Assembly: GCA_047612485.1 (NCBI GenBank) | Contig: JBLGAT010000006.1 | Coordinates: forward strand, 4,565 to 68,564 | Source: Psychroserpens sp. | Lineage (GTDB): Bacteria > Bacteroidota > Bacteroidia > Flavobacteriales > Flavobacteriaceae | Direction: 5' to 3' | Length of the DNA: 64,000 nt | In this document: positions 20,201 to 29,225 of the stretch, one piece after another | Position numbering within the stretch: the stretch's first letter is position 1 | How the letters are laid out: every line of letters begins with the position of its first letter | Notes under the pieces: model-generated | What the model saw: the letters and a program-made list of their open reading frames with translations, nothing else | The model's database searches: none | Told to the model about the DNA's origin: nothing | Made by a program: the position numbers and the translations under genes

Positions 20201-23200
20201 ATTGTTGGTAATATATAGGTAGTCTGACAACCATTACCGTCAATGGCATAAATGGTAAAGTCCTGTTGGGCTCCGTTATCGATAATTTCGAACAGATTAC
20301 TGCTCTGGTAGTTTCCAAATCCTGTTAAACTGTATTGATAACCTACCGTTCCCGGATCTACAATGTTTACGGTTATTATGGTAGAGCTAAATCTGTTGGC
20401 ACCAACTTCACAAGAAAAATCAGGTGCAGATGCACTAATAGAAAACGGTGCCGGTTCGGTTATATCCACAAGGCCCGTTTGATCCATACAATTTCTATCC
20501 GTTACTACCTCCACCTCGTAACGCCTTGGTGTAAGGTTAGGGAAGGATCCAGAATTATTGGAAGCCAATAAGACTCTTGTATCAAAATCGACCAAGTTAT
20601 AGGTGATTGGCGTATCTACATCCGAACCACTTGTCAAAATAACATCTATACTTCCATTATTATCCCCAGCACAGCTCACATTTAAATCCAAGACAGCACT
20701 AATTACAGGTAAGGTTGGATCGGCCAAGAAAATATTATCAACTAAGAAGAAACAATTCCCAGTTCCATCACTAACTATATTATCTGTCACCAATACTTTA
20801 TAATCTCCTGGTCCATACCCTGTAAAGACACCCGCATTTCTATCACCAACAATTGGCGCTCCTATATTCGCTCCCGTACCGTCCTGTAATTGGTAGGTAA
20901 AATCATCACTACCCCCAACTGTGACCACACTAATGGCGCCATCTGCAGCTTCACATGTGGGTATTGTGGTAAAACCACCAGATGCGGATACAAATTCGTA
21001 TACCTCAGCGATACTTGTACTGGTACAACCATTGGCATCTATTACATCAATGGTATAAAACCCTGGTGTTGTTACAAAGAATGTTGCTGGACTGCCTATT
21101 TGAGTAACACCCCCCAAAGTAAATCTTGGCGTATCTGTGCCCGCGGGCATTGTAATATCAATTTGAAAAGAGGTTGATGTATTATCACATTGGTTGATCA
21201 CCGTAATGGCTGGCGCAGGCAAAGGTGGATCCAACTGTACGATCTGTCCTATTCCAAAGGAAATACAGCCACTGATATCCCTTATATAAATTTCATAGTT
21301 CCCGGCTGGCCTTGAGGCCGTGGTCTGGGTTGTAAAATCGTCTGTTAGATCTGCAGGCGTTGCCGTACTATCATAATCCGGTGTTGTTCCTTGCTGTACA
21401 TAGGCAAATTCGTAGGGTCCTCCCGCTCCGCCATAACCTTGTACCGTAAACTGTCCGTCAGCATTACAATTGGCCGGATCATCCTGTAATATAAATATGG
21501 ATGGTAGGTTTTGATTGATTATAATTGGGTCAGCATCCGTACAATTGTCGAATAGATCGGTGGCCACTATTTGATAGTTCCCTGGTAGTGTTTCATAGGT
21601 ATTGGTATATGTAGGTCCAACAAATCCAGGTTCGGAGATTATTACTTGACGTGCTCCAGTATCAGAATTAACCAGCTCTATAATAATGCCGGGGCCCGTT
21701 AAGTTATTCACGGTGTAGGAAATCTGTCCATTTCTATTCGTATCACAAAAACCAGCAGTAGATGTGGCCGTTACATCTATGGGCGATGGCCCATCTATAG
21801 GATCAATTACATCCAAATAGGTACAACCAGTTCCTAAATCCAAGACTTCAACCGTATAGGAAACCCCATATTGTAATCCAGTAAAAGTATGTCTTGTTCC
21901 CCCTTGGTTAGGAGTTTCAAATGCATTGGCCGGCACTTCTACCAACCGAATTTCAAAGGGACCGGTACCTCCAACTATGTTTACTGTTTCGGAAAAACCA
22001 GTAGCACTGCATACCAATGGACCAACAGGTTCCGGAACTACATCTACGGTTGTTTGTGATACCGTTACAGTATCAATATCATTACAACCATACCTATCTA
22101 CTGTAATAACAGTGTAATTTCCTGGGATCACATTGGTAAAAGTCTCAACAGTACTTGCCGTAGGTCCTATTCTTTCCAATTCAAGCCCAAATTGATCTTG
22201 AAGGATGTAGGTGAAATTGGCAACTCCGTCCGTTACACCGGTTATTTGGATACTACCCGCAACGGCTCCCGCACTACATGTAGCATTAACAGGTGATACC
22301 GTGGCATTGGGCGGAGGAGTGCCATCCGTTGGAATGGTAACGGTTTTTCCTATGGTCTCACATCCCCTTGAATCTCTTACTATATAATTATAGGTTGCAG
22401 CAGCTGTTAAATTAGAATACGTTGTTTGGGAAGTAAAAGGACCTCCATCAAAACTGACCACATAGGGCGGCACGCCAATTGTAGCATCTGGTATTATGGT
22501 AGCGCTACCATTATTTGGCTGTCCACAGCTTGCAGGGGTTGTCGTTTCTGTAGACTCAATTGCTAAAGGTGGCTCTAAAACCAATGGGTTGGATTCTGCA
22601 GTACATCCTTCGTTATCTGTTATTCTAAATACATAAGTTCCACTAGCGTTGGTGTTATAAAAGAACACATTGGAAACTAAAGGAGATGGTGGGCTTGTAG
22701 TTACGGTAACACCGTTATCGTAAATTACTTCATATTGTTTTGGACCGGCACCCACTACATATCCATTAGTGGCTTCTACCCTTATACTGCCATCTGCGCC
22801 ACCACAGGGAATTTCTGCCGCGATGGCACTGGTTACCCTCAATTGAGGATTAATAGTCACGCTTAGCTGATTAGAACAATTATTGGCATCAAAAACTTCT
22901 ACGGTATAATTACCAGGAGTGAGACCGCTGAAAGTGGTACTTCCCTGTAAAGCACCTCCATTGATTCTATATTGGTATCCTGGAGTTCCTCCTGCAGCGT
23001 TTACCACTACGGTTGCTCCCGTGCTGGGCACATAACAATAATCTGTGGCGGCATCTAGACTTATAGTAGGTGATGCCAGCGGTGTTAACGTAAAACTAAA
23101 AGTAGCCGTACAACCTTCTGCATCTATAACACTTAAATTATATGTTCCAGGGGTTGAGAGATTCCCAAAAGTCCTATTGGTCCTAGGTCCGACTATTGGT

Positions 23201-25725
23201 GCCCCTCCAGGATAAACTAGGGTATATCTATAGCTGCCCCATCCTCCAGAAGCATTGGCCACTACCCTACCGATATTGCCATTCTGGCAATTCATATCCG
23301 TTACCGTACCTCCTAAGGCTATAGGCGTTGCGGGTTCCGTGATGGTAAATGAAGTAGAATCGGTACAACCCGTGTCCACATCTGTTACATTAATGACATA
23401 TACACCGGCACCTGAGGGAGGCAATACTACCTCTGGTACATTTTGGGGGGCACTTTCCGGCCCACCACTAATATTATAGGTATAATTATTAGCAAAACCA
23501 TCTATTAAAAATGTTCCTGTGCCATCGGCACCTCCTGAACAAACTCTGGTGTCCCCGCCTGCCTTGATCCTAGCCCTTATCGAGCTAATATTAGCTGGGG
23601 TATAACTGCTTGCATAGGTACATCCATTGATGTCTGTTACCCTAAACTGGTAGGCAGTAGAGGTATTTAAAGCAATAAATGTATTGCTGCCACCATTGTC
23701 CACAATAGGAGCTGGACTTATTATTTCGTATTTAGCAATAGCAAAGCCACTGGTTACCGTTAACTGTACGTCTGCCGTTCCTGCACCACAATTCACATTG
23801 CTCTGGGCAAAGGCTATTCCTGTTGGAGGGGCTGCGTCTGTAATGGTTATTGATGGTAACTGAGCACGACAACCTCCAGAATCCCTGATTATAGGAATAT
23901 AAGTACCTGGGGCAAGATTGTTATAAAGTGTTTGGGTGGTAAAGTTGGCCGGTGCGTCCCCTGAAATACTAAAGACATATCCACTTCCAGATCCTCCTGA
24001 AAAAGGACCTTGAAATTCAATAGATCCCCCAATAGTGCCACCGGCACCATCACAGGTCCTATCTGCCAATTTCACTGCTGTACCATTAATAGCACCGGTA
24101 GCAGTAACCGTTACCGTATTTGGTAAAGTCAAAATACAGTCAAAGCCACCTTGTTGGTAACGCACTTGTAAATTGTTATAAGTTCCTGCGGGCACCGATA
24201 ATTGGGTGTTGGTGCTCCATGGATCGGTAGGGGTCGCCCTAAATGATAGATTATACCCTTTGCCATCGATGACATTAAAGTTTATTTTAGCACCACCATT
24301 GCTACAGGTACCATTCACTCCACTGGCCGTAATATCGGGTGGTGTAAGCACCTCAACATCGGAAGAAGCGGTAATGGTACAGCCATTACTATCTGTAATA
24401 TAGAAATCATATGAACCAGGAGAGGTGACCGTATATATTGTAGAACCGGTATAAGACGGACTTACCGTTGCACCTCCATTTACCGTAAAGGTATAAGGAG
24501 CTGTTCCTCCAGAGGTTCTCACGGTTATATCCACACTTGACACGCTACATCCAAAACTATTGTTAACCTCAGTGGAGGCGCTCAATGCTACAATACCACT
24601 ACCTATAATAATAGGATTACCATTGATGTCAAAACTCTCTGTTGGTGGTGGAATGCCATTTGCTGGATCCCCTTTACATTGTTGGGTCTCAACCCTAACG
24701 CTATACGTACCAAAACCAACGGCACTAAAAACATAGTTGCTCGCTGCAATAAAGGAAGTAAACTCCTGTGGTACCCCATTGGAATCCAATAAGGTGTATT
24801 TAAAAGGACCGGGGACATTATTGGCAACAACGGAAATACTACCGGTATCTCCACTACATTGTGCATCAATAAAAGTAACATCAATATCCATATCCCTTTG
24901 TTCAATTACAATGGGCTCATAAGGATATTCACAGGTGTTGGAAGTATTTTGAAGTCTTGCCTTAACTACATAGGTGCCTGGCAATAAATTGTCAAATATT
25001 GGTCCTTGATAAGGCCCAAAACCGCTACCGCTATTGATACTGTACTCATAAGCACTGGATAAGTTGGTGATCTGGATTCTTCCAGGTGCCCCACATATAA
25101 AGTTACGTTTTACGTAGGTTTGGGTAATGGTACTCTTTTTAACCTTGAAATAATAATATGAGCCAGAGCCGTTCACTCGCACCCTAAATCCACCTCCTGT
25201 TGAAGAATTGATGGTACTGGCATCTATATTAAAGCTTGAGCTGGTACTTACCACACTCCAACAACTTGCCGTTGTATTGGCACATTCACTGTTCACATCA
25301 AAAATACAACTACCACTAGGATTAAATTTCTCCCATTGATAGCTGCTATAGGCGGCCTGTAAGGTCACTAACCTATCGTCGAAGTCACCACAAAGGTTGT
25401 ACCGGACCATGGTACTGCCGTCATTACTGCAACTTACGGTTTCATCACCGTTGGTAATGATGGTTGAGAACATGGCCGTACTCGCAAATGCCCCATTGTC
25501 CAAAGTGGACTCAGTGGATAAATTAGTTAATGGTGTAAATAAATCAGAATTGGCAACTATATCATCTTCTAAAGAAGCTGAATCATCATAATCTAGATTA
25601 TAGACTGGGAGAATATCGGTAATAAGATGAGGTACTTTGAAATTTGCCAATGCCGAAGTACACACGACCGATAACGCAATCAGCAGTATGGCATATAGTA
25701 GATGCCTTGGTTTTCTTGGAAGCAT
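17218..25725 (-). CDS. Large SprB-like surface adhesin with T9SS type-B C-terminal domain
   Basis: 2835 aa; signal peptide; about 20 beta-rich modules ending in a D-x-x-G-C-type motif; C-terminal NFFTPDGDN.NE.W...IYDRYGR...GWDG.Y.G..VPTGDYWY...GHFTLFR. Confidence 0.9.
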   Translation of the reverse strand: MLPRKPRHLLYAILLIALSVVCTSALANFKVPHLITDILPVYNLDYDDSASLEDDIVANSDLFTPLTNLSTESTLDNGAFASTAMFSTIITNGDETVSCSNDGSTMVRYNLCGDFDDRLVTLQAAYSSYQWEKFNPSGSCIFDVNSECANTTASCWSVVSTSSSFNIDASTINSSTGGGFRVRVNGSGSYYYFKVKKSTITQTYVKRNFICGAPGRIQITNLSSAYEYSINSGSGFGPYQGPIFDNLLPGTYVVKARLQNTSNTCEYPYEPIVIEQRDMDIDVTFIDAQCSGDTGSISVVANNVPGPFKYTLLDSNGVPQEFTSFIAASNYVFSAVGFGTYSVRVETQQCKGDPANGIPPPTESFDINGNPIIIGSGIVALSASTEVNNSFGCSVSSVDITVRTSGGTAPYTFTVNGGATVSPSYTGSTIYTVTSPGSYDFYITDSNGCTITASSDVEVLTPPDITASGVNGTCSNGGAKINFNVIDGKGYNLSFRATPTDPWSTNTQLSVPAGTYNNLQVRYQQGGFDCILTLPNTVTVTATGAINGTAVKLADRTCDGAGGTIGGSIEFQGPFSGGSGSGYVFSISGDAPANFTTQTLYNNLAPGTYIPIIRDSGGCRAQLPSITITDAAPPTGIAFAQSNVNCGAGTADVQLTVTSGFAIAKYEIISPAPIVDNGGSNTFIALNTSTAYQFRVTDINGCTYASSYTPANISSIRARIKAGGDTRVCSGGADGTGTFLIDGFANNYTYNISGGPESAPQNVPEVVLPPSGAGVYVINVTDVDTGCTDSTSFTITEPATPIALGGTVTDMNCQNGNIGRVVANASGGWGSYRYTLVYPGGAPIVGPRTNRTFGNLSTPGTYNLSVIDAEGCTATFSFTLTPLASPTISLDAATDYCYVPSTGATVVVNAAGGTPGYQYRINGGALQGSTTFSGLTPGNYTVEVFDANNCSNQLSVTINPQLRVTSAIAAEIPCGGADGSIRVEATNGYVVGAGPKQYEVIYDNGVTVTTSPPSPLVSNVFFYNTNASGTYVFRITDNEGCTAESNPLVLEPPLAIESTETTTPASCGQPNNGSATIIPDATIGVPPYVVSFDGGPFTSQTTYSNLTAAATYNYIVRDSRGCETIGKTVTIPTDGTPPPNATVSPVNATCSAGAVAGSIQITGVTDGVANFTYILQDQFGLELERIGPTASTVETFTNVIPGNYTVITVDRYGCNDIDTVTVSQTTVDVVPEPVGPLVCSATGFSETVNIVGGTGPFEIRLVEVPANAFETPNQGGTRHTFTGLQYGVSYTVEVLDLGTGCTYLDVIDPIDGPSPIDVTATSTAGFCDTNRNGQISYTVNNLTGPGIIIELVNSDTGARQVIISEPGFVGPTYTNTYETLPGNYQIVATDLFDNCTDADPIIINQNLPSIFILQDDPANCNADGQFTVQGYGGAGGPYEFAYVQQGTTPDYDSTATPADLTDDFTTQTTASRPAGNYEIYIRDISGCISFGIGQIVQLDPPLPAPAITVINQCDNTSTSFQIDITMPAGTDTPRFTLGGVTQIGSPATFFVTTPGFYTIDVIDANGCTSTSIAEVYEFVSASGGFTTIPTCEAADGAISVVTVGGSDDFTYQLQDGTGANIGAPIVGDRNAGVFTGYGPGDYKVLVTDNIVSDGTGNCFFLVDNIFLADPTLPVISAVLDLNVSCAGDNNGSIDVILTSGSDVDTPITYNLVDFDTRVLLASNNSGSFPNLTPRRYEVEVVTDRNCMDQTGLVDITEPAPFSISASAPDFSCEVGANRFSSTIITVNIVDPGTVGYQYSLTGFGNYQSSNLFEIIDNGAQQDFTIYAIDGNGCQTTYILPTINPPTDVVPTLSVIRDLDCRDPEQVRIDVLGTTSFTVTTNSIVPVAPVVVVGNSFALIDLPIAGDYLFEITDNIGGCTYPMPKHTVDEPIAPAVVISEFKPIQCFGVDDGEMDITVTDYTGNYTYNVYSSLDLTASISLATGSFHTANNPETITGLPGGNFYVVVTSEDLPYCSGNSNVATIRSPSGPLTLTALELGNVSCDDNLGKIQATAQGGWDIAPYDFSLDIESPAGSGAFVAIVASGPNNEFENLSSGNYRITVRDIEGCEATMDIQLNPIAPIIAGIREPQALICPGGNNAVLEAYDTTTGTILTALAGASGGVPGAGYKYRLLYLGSNDNTDVVSTSGLQDLPTFVGLSGGYISSGWYAIEISSGFACIGATVPYFVNPPPPIDPKLVQVQAPGCGGQGQIRLSVENPEVGYVYEYRAFNALPTDTFMDMAGTSVLITVGPGFYQYDIRKKDVLGLNVCNSVRSQGITLVNAENVDLVMNLPDDISCASELDGRIESFAAGGVGNYQFQLWVGDPGDPFAPNASATLFRPTQNDGTFEGLPAGNDYYVSVISGVTCWDVKGPLVILRPEPIQFTARPEGVSCNGLSDGSIEIEVQSGGVGLLQFAISPNFNEFFSEPTTPGQFVFDDLDAGTYEILILDEKGCSEKQTLTIMEPDVLTVSSIETPETCINAMDGSAQLTITGGTPFVDPVTLQTYYETSLNSSDPADFVRNDALFFDNLVGGETYVAFVRDARGCETNVVMPIIIGVDLTATAIPEYGCEGIFPNSTVTVEMQDPSVLSRLLFSLDVDDIALANTNYTFGDLAPGDHIVYLYHENGCSTSVSFTIDPYDPLILEAIKTGPNEITATATGGFGDYEYFFQGQSTGDNNVFTLNMDATVTIRVVDANGCNVTITIPFDFTGVLEMPNFFTPDGDNMNEVWAPGNRELFPNLEVKIYDRYGRVVAILDQVKGWDGRYEGNEVPTGDYWYVVNANDSDKQQYVGHFTLFR

Positions 25726-25859
25726 AGGTTAAGTTTTTTAAGAATATATTCGATTTGGGATCTTGAATATTCTTTGGTGTAATTCTTTTTACTTATAAAA
25801 TCTATTTATCTTTAAGCATTAATTCTATTCCTTTCTATTATTAATCTTAACGTTAAGAT

Positions 25860-26981
25860 ATGAAAATTAGTATCGTACTCCTCTATTTATTCGTTGTAAT
25901 GACAACCTTTTCTTGTGGACAGGAACCTGAAAACAAGGCCAAAACCGCAGAAAATATAGCCTTTACCGTTGAAACGGTCGTGGATGGGATTTCCATCCCT
26001 TGGGGCATGGTAATGCTCCCGGATGGTGCTTTTTTGATCACCGATAAATCAGGAGAGCTGATCCATTTTAAGGATGGAAAAAAGACAAGTATAGAAAATG
26101 TTCCTGAAGTTTATGTTCGGGGACAAGGAGGACTTTTGGACATAGAATTACACCCTAATTATGAAGAAAATGGATGGATCTATATCTCCTATGCTTCCTC
26201 TGAAGGAGAGGAAAAAGGTGGACATACTGCCGTAATGAGGGCTAGATTGAAAGATTTTAAATTAGTGGACAACGAATTATTGTACAAAGCCACTCCCAAT
26301 ACCACGGCCGGACAGCATTTTGGTTCCCGTTTAGAGTTTGATAATGATGGATATTTATTCTTTTCCATTGGAGAACGCGGGGATAGGGACGTTAACCCAC
26401 AAGACATCAAAAGGGATGGAGGAAAAATCTATAGAATTATGGATGATGGCAGTATTCCGTCGGACAATCCGTTTGTAAATGAAATAGGAGCTAAAAAAGC
26501 CATCTACAGTTACGGGCATAGAAACCCACAAGGTTTGATGAAACACCCTGAAACAGGTGCCATATGGGATCACGAACATGGACCAAGAGGCGGAGATGAG
26601 ATCAATATCATTCAAAAAGGCAAAAACTACGGATGGCCAGTAATAACGTACGGCATCAATTATAGCGGCACCCCAATTACGGATAAAACCGAAATGGAAG
26701 GGATGGAGCAACCCATCCATTACTGGTTGCCTTCTATTGCTCCCAGTGGCATGGTGATGGTCACCTCCGATAAATACCCAAATTGGAAAGGTAATTTGCT
26801 GGTGGGTTCATTGGTATTCCAATACTTGGAAAGATTGGCCATGGAAGGGGAAAAAGTAGTTTACCGTGAAAAACTTTTGGAGGATATCGGAAGGGTAAGA
26901 AGCGTCTACCAAGCCCCAGACGGATTTATCTATATAGGAGTTGAAGGTAAGGGAATTTTGAAACTGGTTCCCAGTGAATAG
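25860..26981 (+). CDS. PQQ-dependent sugar dehydrogenase (GSDH family), lipoprotein
   Basis: Lipobox FSC; QGGLLDI.LHP, HFGSR, YSYGHRNPQG, EHGPRGGDEIN, NYGWP. Confidence 0.9.
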   Translation: MKISIVLLYLFVVMTTFSCGQEPENKAKTAENIAFTVETVVDGISIPWGMVMLPDGAFLITDKSGELIHFKDGKKTSIENVPEVYVRGQGGLLDIELHPNYEENGWIYISYASSEGEEKGGHTAVMRARLKDFKLVDNELLYKATPNTTAGQHFGSRLEFDNDGYLFFSIGERGDRDVNPQDIKRDGGKIYRIMDDGSIPSDNPFVNEIGAKKAIYSYGHRNPQGLMKHPETGAIWDHEHGPRGGDEINIIQKGKNYGWPVITYGINYSGTPITDKTEMEGMEQPIHYWLPSIAPSGMVMVTSDKYPNWKGNLLVGSLVFQYLERLAMEGEKVVYREKLLEDIGRVRSVYQAPDGFIYIGVEGKGILKLVPSE

Positions 26982-27065
26982 GTTCAACATTAGATCATAT
27001 TACATTCCCTATATTAGCCCTACCGAAAGCCCTCTGCCTTTTCAACAAATAAAAAAGTTTTAAGA

Positions 27066-27470
27066 ATGAAAGTTTTACTAGTTATTTATATTTCCATTGT
27101 GCTGTTAGTGGCCAATACTCTATTTCAGGACAATAAACTAAAAGAAAGCATGGAGCGCGGTAGCGAGATCTATGCCGATTTTTGTGTTACCTGTCATTTG
27201 ACAAAAGGGGAAGGTGTACCTTATACGTTTCCGCCCTTGGCCAAATCTGATTATTTAATGAACAATAGAAAGGAAAGTATCCGAGGTATCAAATATGGTC
27301 AAAGGGGCGAACTTGTCGTCAATGGAAAGACATATTCCAACACCATGATGCCCATGGGCCTTACCGATGATGAGGTGGCCGATGTGATGAATTACATCAC
27401 TAATTCCTGGGGCAATAAAAATGATAAAATGGTAACCGAAGAAGAGGTTGCCACTATCGGAAAAAGGTAG
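27066..27470 (+). CDS. Monoheme cytochrome c
   Basis: Signal peptide, CVTCH heme motif, FPPLA, distal Met (MMPM). Confidence 0.88.
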   Translation: MKVLLVIYISIVLLVANTLFQDNKLKESMERGSEIYADFCVTCHLTKGEGVPYTFPPLAKSDYLMNNRKESIRGIKYGQRGELVVNGKTYSNTMMPMGLTDDEVADVMNYITNSWGNKNDKMVTEEEVATIGKR

Positions 27471-27472
27471 CC

Positions 27473-28288
27473 CTATTTTTGGTAGGCGTCTATGGCCTTT
27501 TTAACGGATCCATACTGTTGCAATAACCGTTCTGCATCTTCATAAGGGATTTCCAAAGCTTCCACCAGATAACGGCTACCACGGTCTACCAATTTCTTGT
27601 TACTGAGTTGCATATTCACCATTTTGTTGCCCTTTACCCTACCAATTTTGATCATTAAGGCGGTGGAGATCATATTGAGCACCAATTTCTGTGAGGTGCC
27701 ACTCTTCATTCTCGTACTACCGGTTACAAATTCGGGTCCAACATTAATGGCAATAGGTATTTCCACAGCGACGGTCAAAGGCGATCCTGGATTATTGGTG
27801 ATACAGCCCGTGAGCAATCCATTGTTTTTTGCGGCTGCCACTCCCCCCAACACATAAGGGGTGGTACCAGAAGCGGCTATGCCAATTACAGTGTCATTTA
27901 TGGTGGGTTTATGAGCCTCCAAATCTTTCCAAGCTTGTTGGGTATCATCTTCAGCGCCTTCCACGGCCTTTCTAATGGCGCTGTCTCCCCCTGCGATAAT
28001 TCCAATGACCCTGTCATGGGGCATCCCAAAAGTGGGTGGAATCTCAGAAGCATCCAATATCCCCAACCGGCCACTGGTGCCTGCACCAATGTAAAACAGT
28101 CTTCCGCCTTGTTCAAAACGATGGGCCAAGGCATCTACAAGTTTTACAATCTGGGGAATGGTCATCTCAACCGCTGCTGCCACCTTTTTATCCTCTGCGT
28201 TCATATATTCCAGGATTGCATTGGTCGCCATCTGTTCAAGACTATCGTAATGAGAAGGTTCCTCTGTAATTTTGTTGTATTTGGACAT
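27473..28288 (-). CDS. murQ: N-acetylmuramic acid 6-phosphate etherase
   Basis: GAGTSGRLGILDASE.PPTFG; GPEFVTGSTRMKSGT.QKLVLNMIST. Confidence 0.93.
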   Translation of the reverse strand: MSKYNKITEEPSHYDSLEQMATNAILEYMNAEDKKVAAAVEMTIPQIVKLVDALAHRFEQGGRLFYIGAGTSGRLGILDASEIPPTFGMPHDRVIGIIAGGDSAIRKAVEGAEDDTQQAWKDLEAHKPTINDTVIGIAASGTTPYVLGGVAAAKNNGLLTGCITNNPGSPLTVAVEIPIAINVGPEFVTGSTRMKSGTSQKLVLNMISTALMIKIGRVKGNKMVNMQLSNKKLVDRGSRYLVEALEIPYEDAERLLQQYGSVKKAIDAYQK

Positions 28289-28290
28289 GG

Positions 28291-29040
28291 CTATAGCAAG
28301 TGGATATCGTGGTTTCTAAAAGAGTCTAATTGTTTGTTCTCCGGACTTAACTCCGTAATCATAATGTTCACTGAATTAATATCACAGGTTTTGTATCGAT
28401 GCTGGGAGTTCAATTTCTCAGAGATGCACAAAAGTACCGTTTTTTTAGAAGCGTCCATGACTGCCTTTTTTACCTGGACAATATCCCAATCGAATTCGGT
28501 AAGACCAAAAGCAGAATCTACATAACCTGTCCCTATAAATCCATAATCCACCTTAATTTGAGAAAGGTTATAAACTGTACTAGCCCCAATGGCCATTTGG
28601 GCATCTTTAGAAAGTTGCCCTCCCACAAAAATCACTTCTATATTGACTTTGTTCAATAATTCCAAAGCAACAGGTAAGCTATGGGTAAAACAAGTAAGCT
28701 GCATTTTTGAAGGAATGGCCCTTGCCAATTCCAAACACGTAGTACCGCCATCTATAAATATCACGCTTCCCTCTTTTATAAATCGGACCGCCTTTTCTGC
28801 AATCACTGACTTTTCTTCTAAAGCGTAGGTATTCACATTTTTTGGAGTATAATTGGTAAATCCCAAGGCTATGGCACCTCCGTGAACCTTTTTAAGCTTT
28901 CCTTCAGCATCCAATTCCTTCACATCCCTGCGCACCGTATCAATTGACACATTAAGGTTTTCAGCAATATCGGTCAGTAGCACCCTATTGTGCAAGACCA
29001 CTTCGTTCATTATAGTTCTTTGGCGTTCTTCCTTTAACAA
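28291..29040 (-). CDS. DeoR/GlpR-family transcriptional regulator
   Basis: VS.DTVRRD..EL HTH; KVHGGA; IDGGTT. Confidence 0.9.
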   Translation of the reverse strand: MLKEERQRTIMNEVVLHNRVLLTDIAENLNVSIDTVRRDVKELDAEGKLKKVHGGAIALGFTNYTPKNVNTYALEEKSVIAEKAVRFIKEGSVIFIDGGTTCLELARAIPSKMQLTCFTHSLPVALELLNKVNIEVIFVGGQLSKDAQMAIGASTVYNLSQIKVDYGFIGTGYVDSAFGLTEFDWDIVQVKKAVMDASKKTVLLCISEKLNSQHRYKTCDINSVNIMITELSPENKQLDSFRNHDIHLL

Positions 29041-29066
29041 AGTTTCCTTCTTTTATATAATTTCAG

Positions 29067-29193
29067 CAAAGATATAGTTTTATATTTTATGCCGTTTTAA
29101 TTCCTTTAAAACACTAATATACACAAATAACAGCATTAAACAGCAATTTTTACGGCATAAAAAAGCATTTATTCAAATATTTGCGTATATTTG
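29067..29193. promoter_or_regulatory. Divergent promoter region DeoR / nagB
   Basis: TATCTTTG on the minus strand (29067-29074) and TATATTTG on the plus strand (29186-29193); repeated AC(A/G)GCA motifs between and around them. Confidence 0.65.
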
Positions 29194-29225
29194 CCGTAAA
29201 TATGTCCCTTTAAAAAAAACACTCA

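Noticed and set aside
17384-25591. Many short ORFs antisense or out of frame within the adhesin, and similar shadow ORFs elsewhere
   Set aside because: They overlap confidently assigned genes and lack motifs of their own.
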